A stretch of 63,576 nt of DNA, the filler included, from Atractiella rhizophila (lineage: Eukaryota), in NCBI GenBank assembly GCA_021432655.1. It is 8 parts of 8 records of this genome, joined end to end, with 100 filler letters (N's around TTAATTAATTAA, not from the genome) between each part and the next. Parts side by side here need not be neighbours in the genome. Positions count along the whole stretch, not along the records: positions 8,043 to 15,940 come from MU272188.1; positions 16,041 to 23,920 come from MU272189.1; positions 24,021 to 31,872 come from MU272190.1; 5 more parts are not named here. The stretch is one strand, 5' to 3'. Numbering within the stretch: position 1 is the first letter of the stretch; every line of letters starts with the position of its first letter. This document shows positions 13,785 to 27,000 of the stretch, one piece after another. A program made the translations under genes and the position numbers. Under the pieces are notes generated by a model, which made no database searches, was not told the DNA's origin, and saw only the letters and a list, made by a program, of their open reading frames with translations.

Positions 13785-15940
13785 CTACTTCTTCCTGCTG
13801 GGTTGATTGCTTCGCTCCTTTCTTTTAGCCTTAGCCGCTCTCTCCTTCCGAATGGTCGCCACGTTCTTCAACTCAGACTTTCCGCTGCCCTTTCCAGCTC
13901 CTTTACCTTTCAAACCCTTCTTCTCCTTCACCTGTGAATGCCTCCACTTTTTGGCCGTCGACTTGACGCCCTCCAATTCCCTCTCCCCCACCTTCGGCAC
14001 TTTCAACTTCTTCTTTCCCTTCCACTCTTCGAACATACCGCTCTTGAAAGAAGCAGGTATTTTCTTCCCGCTCTCAGAGCGGATCATCTTCTTGTTGTCC
14101 GCTCCTGTACCGTCTCCTTTTACTAATTTCTTTTGGCGACGGTCCCATCGCATTATGGACGCCTTTTGCGGCCGGTCCACAATTTCGTCGCCTTCTCGAG
14201 TTCCGCTCAGGTCGAAAGTAGCTGCTTGAGCGGCAGCCGCGAATGTGGACGTATCACGCATGCTGTACCTGTTAATCCTTTCAATTTCTGTATTGCACAT
14301 TTATTGATGTGGCACGCACCCCTTCTCTGTATCCGCACCAGGTTGGACGTAACCTAAGTAATAATTTTCTTCCCGGAAATTGGTGTTCCTGCGCGCCGTT
14401 TTCGAAGGAAGCTCCATATCGAATACATCCTATCGATCTGTTCAGCTACTGCTGCAAGACATGCCGACAACATACCTCAAGATCAGCCTCCTCCGCCATT
14501 TCCAACTCCAACTCGTCCTTGTCTTCGTCAACTACCTCCTTCTCCCTCACCAAAGTAGATACTGCCTCTTCTTCTTTCCTCCTCTTCGCAGCCTTCATCA
14601 CCTTCCCCTCTAATTCTCTTCTTCTCTTTTTCATCAAAACGCCCGCCTCAGTCTTCTCCCCCTTCTTTCCAAACTCGAACACCGTTTCCCGAGCATTGAA
14701 GTTTTTGATCTTGTCAAGAAGTTCCTCCTTCCCTTTCATCACATGAGAGCTGACTGTTTTACGCGGTACTGTCCCCCCATCATTGGAAATATTCGATGTT
14801 CTAAAAACGGGATGGAGCTTCAGAGATGAGAGGTCGAGATCCTTCGCCCTGCGGGTGCTTTCATTGCTCGGCTTCGCTCTACCCTTCTCGAACGCCTTTC
14901 GCCCCCTCTGCGCCACTTGCTGAAGCCTTGCCGTTGTCCCCAGCTTGTCACCAACGAGCTCCTTCACCCTCTCAACTTCTTCATCCATTGTTTCTCTATC
15001 GAAAGAACCCAGCAGGAGATTGGACTGATAGTTCACTTCCCCTTCGAACGAGGTCTGAACTCTCCGGGAAAGAAATAGCTCGAGATCATAGAGATAACCC
15101 GCTTCTCCTCGTCCGCAAACGAAGCTATAAGCCCATCCACCACGTCCAGCACGAGCTGTTCGACCCACTCGATGCACGAAAGCGCGTGGAGCTGGAGGGA
15201 AATCAAAGTTGATGACATTGTCTAGCGCTGGGATATCGATTCCTCTTGCAGCGAGATCGGTGACCACGAGGAGCTGTGTCCGGCCATCTCGAAACGCTGA
15301 GAGGTGGGAGCGACGGGCGACTTGATCGAGAGAAGAGTAGATTGTGGAGACTGTATATTGGGAGATGAGAAGTGCATTGAGGTATTCGACGTGATGTTTC
15401 GTAGAGCAGAAGATGATGGCTTGCTTCTCCTCCTTCTTTTGAGACTTCTTTTCCACCTTCTTGCCCTTCCGAATCCCATTTTTCCTGCCGTTCCGTTCTC
15501 CATCGCCTTCCTCGTCCGAGGACGCCTGATGCGTCCCTCCTCCATTGCTAGAGGGTTCAATACCGATGACATCCCGAAGGAGGACGAAGAGAGCCGCCTC
15601 CTTCTCTTCTTCCCTCATGGCCAGGAAAGCCATCTGCAAATCCTCGGAAATCTTGCTCTCCACATCTAGTCTAACGAGCTTCGGGTTCTGCAACCCAGCC
15701 TTGGCAAACTCGACCAACGTCTTGGGAAGAGTAGCGCTGAAGAGGAGGGTCTGACGAATTGGTGAAGGAGGGAGACGGGTGAGAATCTCATAAAGTTGAA
15801 CGGAGAAGTTGAGTTCGAATAATCGGTCTGCTTCATCAAAAACGACATAGCTACAGTTCTGTAATGACAGAGACATTTCAACGAGAACATGCAGCAAGCG
15901 TCCAGGAGTCGCGATAATCCTATAGTTTCGCTATCAGCCC
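13785..15940 (-). CDS. DBP10: DEAD-box RNA helicase for 60S biogenesis (DDX54 orthologue), 5'-truncated
   Basis: VVFDEADRLFE, LLFSATLP, TDLAARGIDIP, HRVGRTARAG. DBP10 C-terminal block WDRRQKK...KMIRSESGKKIPASFKSG...KSELK...IRKER. Confidence 0.93.
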
Positions 15941-16932
15941 NNNNNNNNNNNNNNNNNNNNNNNNNNNNNNNNNNNNNNNNNNNNTTAATTAATTAANNNN
16001 NNNNNNNNNNNNNNNNNNNNNNNNNNNNNNNNNNNNNNNNTTGCCTTACCGAAACAACTTGAATGGCTCGCAAAAGGGCCGAAGTCTCTCGCTCAATTTG
16101 CGGAGTCGTAAAGTCGAAACAAATCTGTTCTGCCATTATTGACCCCTTGTTACACGGCAGTATGGCTTAAGGCATTTGACAAAGATGGCCATGAAAGGCC
16201 CACTATTCATAATTTTATGTCGTCGTATCTTCCATTGCACCCTCCACCGCCAGCCAATCTGTCCCAACACTTGTGTGCCTTGCAATTAACTTTCAATTGT
16301 CAGTAGCAATTGTGGGTGTTTCTCACTGCGACGCCTGACCCACTTCGGGGATCGGGATCGAGCTCCAGTAGTCCTATCATTTCCCTGAACTACTCTTGTC
16401 TGCCTCACTCCTGAAACCCTTCCAGGGTTTTGAGCTGACAAATATTTCGAATAGTACAATCTCGCGGAAACCCTAGGTCGCTTGGGATGACATCTCGTGG
16501 GTCGCAGGAGGGGAGCGACGCACATTAAGGACCGGGTTGACTGGGGTTAAGAAAGAAGGACATCATCGACAACATCAAGCTTTTCTTTCTGTTTAACATT
16601 GATTCTCGTCTGGTGCTTCAAAGTCTTTCCGGGCCCTAAGTCTCGTACAGGCCCGTACTTGTTTGTTTATTAGAGAGCTCTTGAATAACACGAGCAGGCG
16701 TCAAGTCTATGAACGAAAGAACGATCGCGTAGGTGCTGTCAGAAGAAAAGCTTGGCCGTACATCTGCGTCCGCTTCTCCTTTCATCAGTCAACGGTGGGA
16801 AGCTTGATTGTTCCCCACTTGCTTGACGAAGGGAAACATTCGGCGACTCTTCGATGTTGTTCATACATAAGATAAGACTACTCTTTCAATCTCTCCCTTC
16901 CCTATCACGTTCGAGCGGACAAACTTAACGAA

Positions 16933-18501
16933 ATGCCTCCTATTCCTGAGAAATTCACTGGATATGCTGCACTGCATGAAGTAGATGGGAAAGCTTTGAC
17001 CATGAAGGTCTACAAGTATACCCCGAAGAAATTTGCAGAGGACGATGTCACGATCAAGATTACACATTGCGGGTCCGTCCTTCCTTCTCTCAATCACGTT
17101 GCTAAAGCGTGCTCAGTCTTGTGTGAAGGGTATGCGGCTCTGACGTCCATCAACTCAAGTATGTGTTTAGCTTGACCATGTATACTCCTGTACGAAGGAC
17201 TCGTAACTTTCACAGGAACGGATGGCCTGATTATTGGCCAACCTCTTATCCTTGTATATGCGGTCACGAAGTCGTAGGAGAAGTCGTAGAAGCCGGTAAA
17301 AACACGGAACACTCGATTGGGGATCGTGTTGGCGTGGTAGGTTGCTCATCTGAATTCGATGCAGGAAGGAGCGCACTAAATATGTAAGAAGGGAGCCCAA
17401 GCTAGAGCTTGCCTCGAGTGTCAATATTGCACGAAAGGATATCCACAATACTGCGAGAAGGGATTTCGTCTGTCACGACCCGTTTGCTTCCCTTCGGATT
17501 GAAAATGACCATGGAATAGATGGCACGTACCAAGGACACTTTGAAGATGACAGCCTTGCACAAGGAGGCTACGCCGACTACATGCGCACCAAAGGGGCCT
17601 TCGCGGTCAAAATCCCAGAGAAGCTGTCGAGTGAACATGCAGCTCCTTTTCTTTGTGCCGGTATCGCGGTTTATAGTCCGCTGAGGAGGTTTGAAGCTGG
17701 ACCAGGTAAGAAGGTCGGAGTGATTGGTATCGGTAAGCTTTCAGTTCTTGCTTTTTTCTTGCAGCGACCTATAAGTGTGCTGGGACAGGTGGACTGGGGC
17801 ATCTTGCTTTACAGTTTTCGAAAGCGATGGGTGCTGATACTTATGCTCTTTCTTCAAGCAATCGAAAGATGGCGGATTGTGTGAAAATGGGGATTGAGGG
17901 TGTGAGTAGACTTGCTGTCTCCTATCAGCGAGGATCGACTCATCGATATGGACCGTAACAGGACAACTACATCAACTACTCCGACACTGAGGGTACGTTG
18001 ACGAAGCACAGCAAGACTTTCGATCTCCTCCTCTCGACCACTTCAGGGAGCGGAATGCCACTCGACTCCTTGTTCCTCCCGCTGCTAAGACCTTTCGGAA
18101 CATTCTGTATCGCTGGCCTCCCGGAAGAAAAGCTGCCTTCCATAATGCCACACTATTTCATTCTCGGTAATTCCGTCCTTACTTCTAGACATGACTGCGA
18201 AAGCTCACCGAAGCTTAGGCATTTCTCTCACTGGCACACAAATTGGTTCACCGCAGAAAATCAGGTGAGTCTTACTCTGAAATGAAATGCCAGGAGTGGT
18301 AATCAAAATGTTCTAGGGAAATGTTGGAGTTTGCGGCCGAAACTGGGGTGAGGCCGTGGATTGAAGTCAGGGGAATGAAAGAAATCGATCAGGCACTTAA
18401 AGATGTGGAAGTGGGGAAGCCCCGGTGTGTTGCTTAACTCTTAACTCTCCCCTCTTCGGAAACTGAAAAATATCAGATACCGCTATGTTATGAAGAACTG
18501 A
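16933..18501 (+). CDS. Zn-dependent NADP(H) alcohol dehydrogenase, CAD/Adh6 family
   Basis: HCG...GHEVVGEV, structural-Zn CLECQYC...C, GGYADY, APFLCAGIAVYSPL, GVIGIG|GLGH, C-terminal PRYRYVMKN* at 18501. Confidence 0.9.
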
Positions 18502-18776
18502 ACGTGAGGATGCTTCGTAATTTGTCAAAACAAGCGAAAAACTTAGGCCAACGAAATACATGAAAGTTGGACAAACTCCAACCCACCTTGTGCCGGAATA
18601 TGAGCTGACACTGAAGGCTACGTTCATTTGGATGGGAACAATCGCGTTAATAATCAATAACCTTCCGGTTGTGGTCGGCCAGTGCTCTAGAAGCGCGACA
18701 GAGAAATCGGACGACGAGAACGACGCATAAGTGATATGAGAAAAGCAATGTGAGGAGTAGGCATATCTCTTAACTA

Positions 18777-19914
18777 ATGCCTCGAGCGAGGAATATCAAA
18801 CCACCCAGCTCTCCAATACCATCAAAGCCGGAAAAATTTATTATTTCGTCGACTTTGGATGAGAAAAATCAATTATTGGGAATAGGTGACGAAGGTATGA
18901 AGTCTAAATTCGTCTACAGGTAGGTGGTAGTAGGCTGAGTGGATTATAGGGGCCAAATTAATCTTAGCAACACTCATAAGCAAAAAGTGGCCCGTTTTTG
19001 TTGTCGGGGAATCTAAAAACCGCTCTCTATCGCTTGCGTTGGCTTTAATTGCTCAAGATTTCAACCAAATCTTTTCATCTCGGAAGACTTACCTCAACGA
19101 AAAGGCTGCCCCCAGCTTGCAGCTCTTGCTAAAAGCCCTTCGAAGATTCCGAGACAAGTCGATTGACCAGTTAAGCCAGCGAGCCTTTGTACTTGGTAGT
19201 CAGTCGATTACTGATCTAGCCAAGTTACACGAAAGAGTTTTGTTGCATCTCGAGTCGAGGTCTCTTCACTCGATAATACCAATATTCCAACATCAATACC
19301 TCATGAAAGCGGATGCGACGGCTCTGGATATCGTCTACTTGCCTCATCACTGGATTAAAGACCTGACCTCCACTGTTGTACCTCTCAAAATCGTTTTCTT
19401 CAATTGCCCATGGGTGATCGACAGGCAGGAACTGGAATGGGGTTACTCCACTCCTATGTTGATTGAAGGTTTTATAAACACTCTTTCCAAGAAGCAGTTT
19501 CCGGGAGATCTAATCTTGCTTGGTCTCTTGAACCCGAACTGTGACAGGATAAAGAAATTGGTCATGAGGAGTAAGATGAGTCTGAATCGAACCTCTAAGG
19601 GGCAGCCTATGGAGAAAGGTTATACGGAAGCCAGTTTGAAGACCCTTATTGAGAGGAATCATTATCAACTTGCCGGAATCTCCAAGAACTTCATGTTCAT
19701 TTGCATGCTTTTTGGATATCAACATGGATCCGACAATGAGGATATTGACAAAGCCGGTGAATTTCGAGAAAAAATCAGGTTCGAACATCAGGTGTGGATA
19801 TTGGTATGCTCCTACATCCTGCGGAATTGCCATCTCCTAATAGAATCTTCGCAGGAAAAGAAGCAGGAAAAAGTGACAAACTTCGGTGAGGAAAGTTTCG
19901 TCAAGGCAGTGTGA
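18777..19914 (+). CDS. Hypothetical protein A, divergent DUF2431/Bmt5-like Rossmann methyltransferase-fold candidate
   Basis: ATG 18777 and phase-1 intron 18895-18949 give ...PVFVVGESKNRSLSLALA. Later motifs ADATAL, VFFNCPW, LLGLLNP and FGYQH. Probable second intron at 19804-19854. Confidence 0.6.
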
Positions 19915-20347
19915 TCTCGCGTAAATTGAAAGTGTCAATGAAATGTTAAAGGAAATTTTGTTTCGAATCGCTCAACTAGCCTCGTGGTTCTTTGAAGAGT
20001 AGGGTGGCCATAGATCTTTGGCAGAAGTGACTGCTTATTAGACCCAGTCAAAGCTAGGTCTGCAATTGCTAAGCTGGTGAGTACCCTCAGAAGCGTCCTC
20101 AGTTATCAGCTTCGTGAAAGATAGCCTGAACCTGATCGTGCAAATTGGTAAATCATTGGTACAAGCTCATGCTTCGAAGACAATAATTGAAGTTCCAGAA
20201 ATGGCATAGAAAAGGAGAGCTGTCAATATGTCAATGTCTGTTTGTCTCCCATTGTGGCGCTGACTCGTCGTTTGCGTCGCTGTTGGACAAGAAAAGGGAC
20301 CCCAGACAACCATTCCTTCTGTGTGTTTTCCTCGATAACCTATAAAC

Positions 20348-21367
20348 ATGTCAAATACGAATGCAAATGTTTCACCGTTAAACACGCTTTCGGACCTAGG
20401 AGTGGCATTGCTCTACGATAATTCAGCATCAAGCCTGAGCAGTCAATATTGGGGAAGACAACGAATAAAAGAGAAGTTCATTGAGTCCTTGGAGGCAGGT
20501 TGGTGAACAATCCTGAGGCTGTTTAGGTTCTGAAAGTCGCGTATAGCTGATAGACACCTTTTTGACGAGCTGGTCTTCCGCCGCACTCCAACTCTCTTTT
20601 TAGGAGAATCCGAAGGACGTTTACTACCGTTAGCGATCGCGCACATGCGGGCGTGCTTCGAATCTCAAGGCTCCCTGAAGCTTCTTGATGGCATGTTTGT
20701 TTCACGAGAGCCTAATGCCCGCCAGAAGGAAACGTGGAAAAGCCTGAGGGATCGAATGGTAGGCTTAAGGGAGAAACGATGTGTTACACAGGGACAAAAC
20801 TCTTCTCAGATAACGGTTGAGATGTGGGAAGCTGCAAGCGAAGCGGTGATTGACCGCTTGGAAGAAGAGGAGGAGGGAGGAGCAACAACAACCGATGGAA
20901 CCGATAATTTCAGCGAACTGGACCATTTCAACCAGCATTTCTTTTACGAAGTGGACGCAACCAAACTTGAACAGTCCCCCCAAGCAATAAAGTCGATTCT
21001 AAATGGCCTCGACCTCTTTTTCAACTTTCCGTGGAGTTCTCATCGTCACCCAGAAGATCTCATTCGCGAAACACTTCGGTCCGCAAATACAGTTCAATCA
21101 CCTGGTAGCCATTTCTATCTTGGAATCCTGAACCCCTGCGGCCAGTATATGAGAACCAAAATTGGAAAGCGCTACACTGAGGCGGGGATCAAAATGGCTA
21201 TCGAGCATCACGGGTATGAGCTAATAGAAGTAGCCACATCCTTTGTGCGAATCGCAATGTCGTTTGGCTATCAACATCACTCCGACATCAAGGATCTATG
21301 GCCAAGCACTGTCAAGGATGAGGGTCAAATATGGATCTTGAGACGCAAGGATGATGACAGCAGGTGA
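20348..21367 (+). CDS. Hypothetical protein B, tandem paralogue of A (DUF2431/Bmt5-like)
   Basis: ATG 20348 and phase-1 intron 20499-20546 give ...PTLFLGESEGRLLPLAIA. Later motifs VDATKL, LFFNFPW, YLGILNP and FGYQH. A tiny last exon after the GTGAGT at 21364 is possible. Confidence 0.62.
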
Positions 21368-22295
21368 GTTGACGTGATTATTCTCATTATGACTTTAAAA
21401 AGCTTGGGACAGCGACTAAAGCAATAACAACGACAGTGACAGTAGTTGGTTGTGGAAGTGTTGGTGTCACTCTCTTCCGGCCATCCGAAACTAACGTTTA
21501 CCAACAACAGGACCGGCGACCCGTTGCACAAGATGAACCAGACCCATCTATGTGCCGATTTCAGGAAGAAGGTGTATCAACAAGCTTTCAACGTGTGAAG
21601 AAGTGAAACAACGAATTGATTATTCAAAGAATATTTCCCTGCTGGAAATAGTAAACTGTATCTGTATGTGCTGTATGTGTACGAAATGCACGGTTCTCCT
21701 CTGCTTCTGAATGTAAGGTTTAGATGAGACATCATAGCCTGCAAGTAAACGCCAATGGAACTATGTAATTTGAGCAGAACCACGAGATTGAGCAATGCAT
21801 TGGTGGAGATCTGTGNNNNNNNNNNNNNNNNNNNNNNNNNNNNNNNNNNNNNNACTGCATCTCGTGTCGACAGGCAGACAACAGGTGGTAATTCGCGATC
21901 TTGTCAGCAAGGGACACATACCCATACACGTCAGCCGTGAACACAAAAAATAAAACAGGTTCTCAGCTGCCTAATACTGCGTAAGGAATCTCGCAGAAAA
22001 CTACCACTCACCTGAACGACACAGCTTTCCAACAACGCTACAACTTGATTCGGTCTGCCTTATATCATGTCTTCCTCCTAAAAACTAGTCCTTAAAACTA
22101 CCTAAAATCCGTATTTTGAAGTGGCTTCGATTTTTTGTCGATTGATTTGTTTCCAAGAACCCAGATGGAAGGCCCAAAGTCGAAAACCTTAGAATTGTGT
22201 GGCAAGAAGCAGGTTGACTCCCGCAAGTTCAAGCATTTAATAAATAACTTTTTTTCGTTGGGGGAAAGTTGCAGTGCCAACTATTCAGCTACAAA

Positions 22296-23920
22296 ATGAC
22301 AGAAGCACTGACGAATGGGCATTGTGAAAACTCGCAAGATGGCTGGTCGCGCCCCTCCGCGAAATCCTCGCGAACTGGAGTCTGCTCGCCTTCATGGAAG
22401 CCTTCTGTACCTTCGCATCTTTACGAGCGCCTTCCGCGTGCGTGTGCATCAAATTTCTTTCTATCTACATGCTGATTGAGGTGCAGAACATCACCTCGCT
22501 TCTTCGGAAGGAAGTGCAGAACCTAAGCCACTGTACCTTCCTCTTATCCTCACCTCTTCAGTCTACTCCCTCCCCAACCTTCCCACTCCGTCTGGGACAC
22601 CTTTAACGCCAGCAATCAACTTATCCAAAAGACTAGGATGCAAGGTCCTCCTCAAGAGAGAGAATTTGATGGGTGGCATATTCAGTTTCAAGTGTCGCGG
22701 AGCCTGGAACTTTATGAAAAATTCACTTTCCGAGGAGGAGAGGTGGAAAGGCGTCGTAGCGTGCAGTGCTGGTGTGTGTTGCCCATTCATTCTTTCTTGT
22801 TCAATGCTTTCAAATTTCACTAGAGCGATGAACTCTGCATAATATTGCCAGTGTGTTTGCATTTGAAGTCGGCATGCCTTCTGACACTCATTGTGACAGG
22901 AAACCACGCTCAAGGCGTCGCTCTATCCTGTCGTTCTCTCTCCATCTCTTCAACAATCGTTATGCCTCTAGGAACACCGAGCATCAAATACCTAACAGTC
23001 GAGTCTCTCGGTTCGAAGGTTGTTCTACACGGGAACGACTTTGATGCGGCGAAAGCAGAGTGTGCACGTCTCCAGAAGCTACACGGGTTACGAAACGTTC
23101 CCCCGTACGATGATCCCCACGTCATCGCTGGCGCTGGGACTGTAGGGATGGAGATCCTCCGACAGACTGACGCAGGAGATTTGGACGCTATCTTCGTCGC
23201 TGTTGGCGGTGGAGGTTTGTTGGCTGGAGTATGCGCTTATGTGAAGGCTGTCGCGCCGCCGGGGGTGAAGGTGATCGGCGTGGAGACGTATGATGGAGAT
23301 GCTCTATCGAGGAGTTTGTGGAAGGGAGAGAGGGTCACTCTTGAAGAAGTCGGGTTGTTTTCGGACGGGACAGCCGTGAAAGTCGTCGGTGAGGAGACAT
23401 TTAGAATCTGTGCTGAGGAGGGAGGTGTGGACGAGGTCGTCCTGGTTACCAATGATGAGATATGTGCGGCCATCAAGGACGCTTTTGAAGGTATCCATCT
23501 TTCTACTCCCTCCTCATCAAGTGGACTGACAAAATATATCGTCCAGATACTCGTTCAGTTCCCGAGCCCGCTGGGGCGGTGGCACTGGCTGGTATGAAGA
23601 AGTATATTTACACGAACCAGCTCCTTCATTCAGAGAAGAAATTTGTAGCCATCATCTCGGGTGCTAATATGAACTTCTCCCGATTACGCTTCGTTGCCGA
23701 TCGCGCTGAGATGGGTGAGAAGAAGGAGGTGCTATTGAGCGTCGTGATACCGGAGAAACCGGGATCGTACGTCTCTTCTTTCCTTCTTCCTTGCAATCTT
23801 TGGCTGATGGACATGGTGAAGTTTTCTCAAGCTCTGTCGACATGTTCATCCACGACCAGTGACAGAATTCATATATAGATATTCCTCTGCTCGACGTGCC
23901 ACAATCTTCATTTCTTTCAC
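22296..23920 (+). CDS. ILV1: Biosynthetic threonine dehydratase (PLP), 3'-truncated
   Basis: [19 protein letters not shown] (PLP lysine), [53 protein letters not shown] and the start of the regulatory domain IPEKPGS. Confidence 0.92.
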
Positions 23921-24020
23921 NNNNNNNNNNNNNNNNNNNNNNNNNNNNNNNNNNNNNNNNNNNNTTAATTAATTAANNNNNNNNNNNNNNNNNNNNNNNN
24001 NNNNNNNNNNNNNNNNNNNN

Positions 24021-27000
24021 GACCTTCAGTCACTCGCGTCGCTTGGACGCCGCCCGTCGAATCTCTCCGCGGCAGGGAGCGGAGGAGGAAGGAGGCTCTC
24101 GAACGCTGGAAGCGCCGCGGTCGCAGCCTCGCTCAATGTTCCCAATCGCGGAAGGAGAGCGACCGCAGGTGGAGGGATGAATCTCGCTCCTCGGTGCGTA
24201 TCCCAACCATTTCAGTTGAACTGGAGCTCAAAACTCTTTGACTCGGATAGAGGCTCATTCGCGGTAACGGACGGTACGGAGTTACTCTCCCTCACAGCGC
24301 GTAACTCTGCTCATCACATCAATTCACGGGATGCAGCAATCGTTGGTTCCTCATCAGCCCCACATGAAGCATCCGCACAAGAAAGTATCATCAATGCACT
24401 CTCGGACAAACTTCGTCCGCGTCCGCTTCCCACACACGTCGAAGAGGCAGAATCTCCCTCCTCAAGTTCTTCTGAAACTCTGGTCGATGTAAATCCCTTC
24501 GGAGCTGCAGTGATCAGTAATACTGGACGATGCACCTGCTCATCCTCCATGACCAGGTCGCAACTGCTGAGTCGAGATCGACCAAAATGCCAGTGTAACG
24601 TCCATGCTCTCAAACAAACAAAGACGTGGAGGAGCCAACAGATCGATTACGAGGATAATATGAAGAAGGCGACGACAACGGACCAGGAATTCCTCAATTA
24701 TCACCATATCGATACCTATTCCAATGAGGAACATCTAGTCAGCCTGAAGGATCTCTTTCGTCCCCTTATTGTCCGCCAATGGCTGCATAATGTGCATCTA
24801 TCCCTTCATGTGCGAGGCGCTAGCACTGAATTTGAATGATAGGGCAAGCTATATCGAGAAGCTGATCAAAGAACCCCATGCCGCTTCGAGCTTTTCTGGG
24901 ACTTGCTCATTGTATGCACATCTTCTGTTCCGGCAGATACTTTCAGTAACTGGTATCACAGGTCGCTATTGGTTAGTTCCACGCTCTCAGACCTTGCTTT
25001 TGCCTGATAAAACCGCTGCAGTTCATGTGCTCGCTGACAAGGCAGCCGAAAACATCAGTGGGAATGCTGTACTTCGCTTCTTCTTGGTCTTTAACCCTGT
25101 GTATTCGATCTGGAGCGACATGCGTAAGTCTTCTCTTATTACTTTCGATTGATCTCAAGCCATACCAGGTACATTCACAAATCAAAGTGGTAAGGTTATC
25201 CAGTTCACGAAAAGTGATTGAGTGTTGAAGGTCCATGAACAGGTACCGACGACGTGGTCCAGCGCTGCTTCATCCTCTGGAACATGGTTAGCTCTTCTAA
25301 AATCACTTGAACCTATGACTGACAGAAGAATGAAGTTACTTTTGATTGGCTACACTGCCAGCGCTGCTGTCATCATCAATCCCCACGAGCTGCTGGAGTT
25401 CGCAGAGTCGGTGGCGCATGCTGCTGTAGCGGAAGGGAGCAGTACAACCGAGGAACCGAGCGACTCAAAGATGATCTCCTCGCTCTCCTTCCCTTACATC
25501 AGAGCCGCCATCGCTTTCTTTGTTGTGGCAAAATTTTCGAGGATGTTTTATCAGCTTGCCTACGTGAGTTCGAAACCATATTGACACTACTTGGGTGAGC
25601 TAAAGAGTGCCTAGTTTTACCATCTTCCAGCATTTCGGATGTCCTACTTTTTCTCCATTTCTCTCACCTTCATCACAACCATGTTTGTGTTCGCAATAAT
25701 GTTTCATGACGGTTCCTACTTCGAAAAATGCGCACTGGTCATCACTTCGATTGTGGGTTGCTTGATCAAGCGTGCTAGTCTCAACTGAAGCTTGCGCCAG
25801 CTCTGCGATTTGCTCCTTTTCATCCCGGTTATGCTGTACGCCAGGATCCATCACAAGAAGATCAAGAAAGTCGAGAGGGATCATAAAAAAAGAGGAAGTT
25901 GCCCCTTTTCGAAAGCGGCCGACATGCGACTACGGCGAAACGAGGTGAAACTTGGTTCATCAGCAACGGAAAAGAAGACTTTCGAGGTCTGCCGGGAAGG
26001 GACATGTCAAGAGGGGAGCAGTGGTGACATGGATTTGGAGAAGCAAGACACTACCGCCCTAGATACCCTTGACCCCAATTTTCCGGAACATAACGAGAAC
26101 ATCAAAGAATGCTTCAAAGCGGCTCAGAAGAACGGGCTCTACCACATCGCCATCAATATTGAACATGCAGTCGACAGATTGTCCGCCTTTGTCATTGTCG
26201 TTTTAGGTTTGTTCTCCAGGACTACCAAAGTGATTTCTAACAGTACAACAGGTGACAGTGTTCTCAACATTCTTTATGTGGCAACTGGATCTGGACCTGG
26301 TCTCACTACGACGTACGGTAGAGCAGCTTTGGTTGGTCTTTATCCCGTACCGCCTTGCGAACACCAACTGATTTGCCCTTCAGGCTATGATCACAGTATT
26401 CAGTTTAAACTGGAGCTACTTCGATGGTCGGCTAGTTACCGGATATTCCAAAACTCTCCTGACATTTTTATAGGGGAATTTTCAGCTAATTTCGTGCATG
26501 CCTTCAGGTAATGCTTTGACATTTGGGTGCATCTAGTATTTAGAAGGGTTGCAGACGCCATTGGTTCACCTCATGGTCATTCACACATGCACATCTCCCC
26601 CTCGTTAGCTCATTGGTGGGTTTGCGAATCGCCGAGATTGGATTTGACTCAATCGAAACCAGATACTTGCCAGTTCAGGCCTAAAAGTCTTGGTCGTGGA
26701 AGGCGAGTCCAGCTCAGGAGTGAGATGGCAAGTGTTTGTGCTGCCTTCAAACCGAAAGCTGATGAGGTTTGCAGGTATTATGGAGGAAGCCTGAGCGTTG
26801 CTCTACTCAGTTCGCCTCATACATTATTGTGTCGGTAGATGCTGATTGTTGTGCAGGCATGACCATCATTGGGGCATTGCATCGCAGTCTTGATGCCGCA
26901 GGCTCGTCCTTGTTAACTCGCGAGGTACGAATTGTCATACGATTGGCAGTTGTGGTGGCATTTGCGCTTTTCCCCCTGCTTAACATCTCAAACATCTCCT

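Larger units (their letters stand above)
9731..14176. repeat. Near-identical direct duplication 9731-11943 / 11969-14176 around a 25-N gap (probable uncollapsed contig overlap)
   Basis: The copies differ only by about five substitutions and a few homopolymer or short indels. Confidence 0.95.

Noticed and set aside
8043..23920. Metabolic gene cluster (ACC1, ADH, methyltransferase-like pair, ILV1)
   Set aside because: ACC1 is on a different scaffold. The rest lack a backbone synthase, transporter or regulator, and ILV1 is a housekeeping gene.
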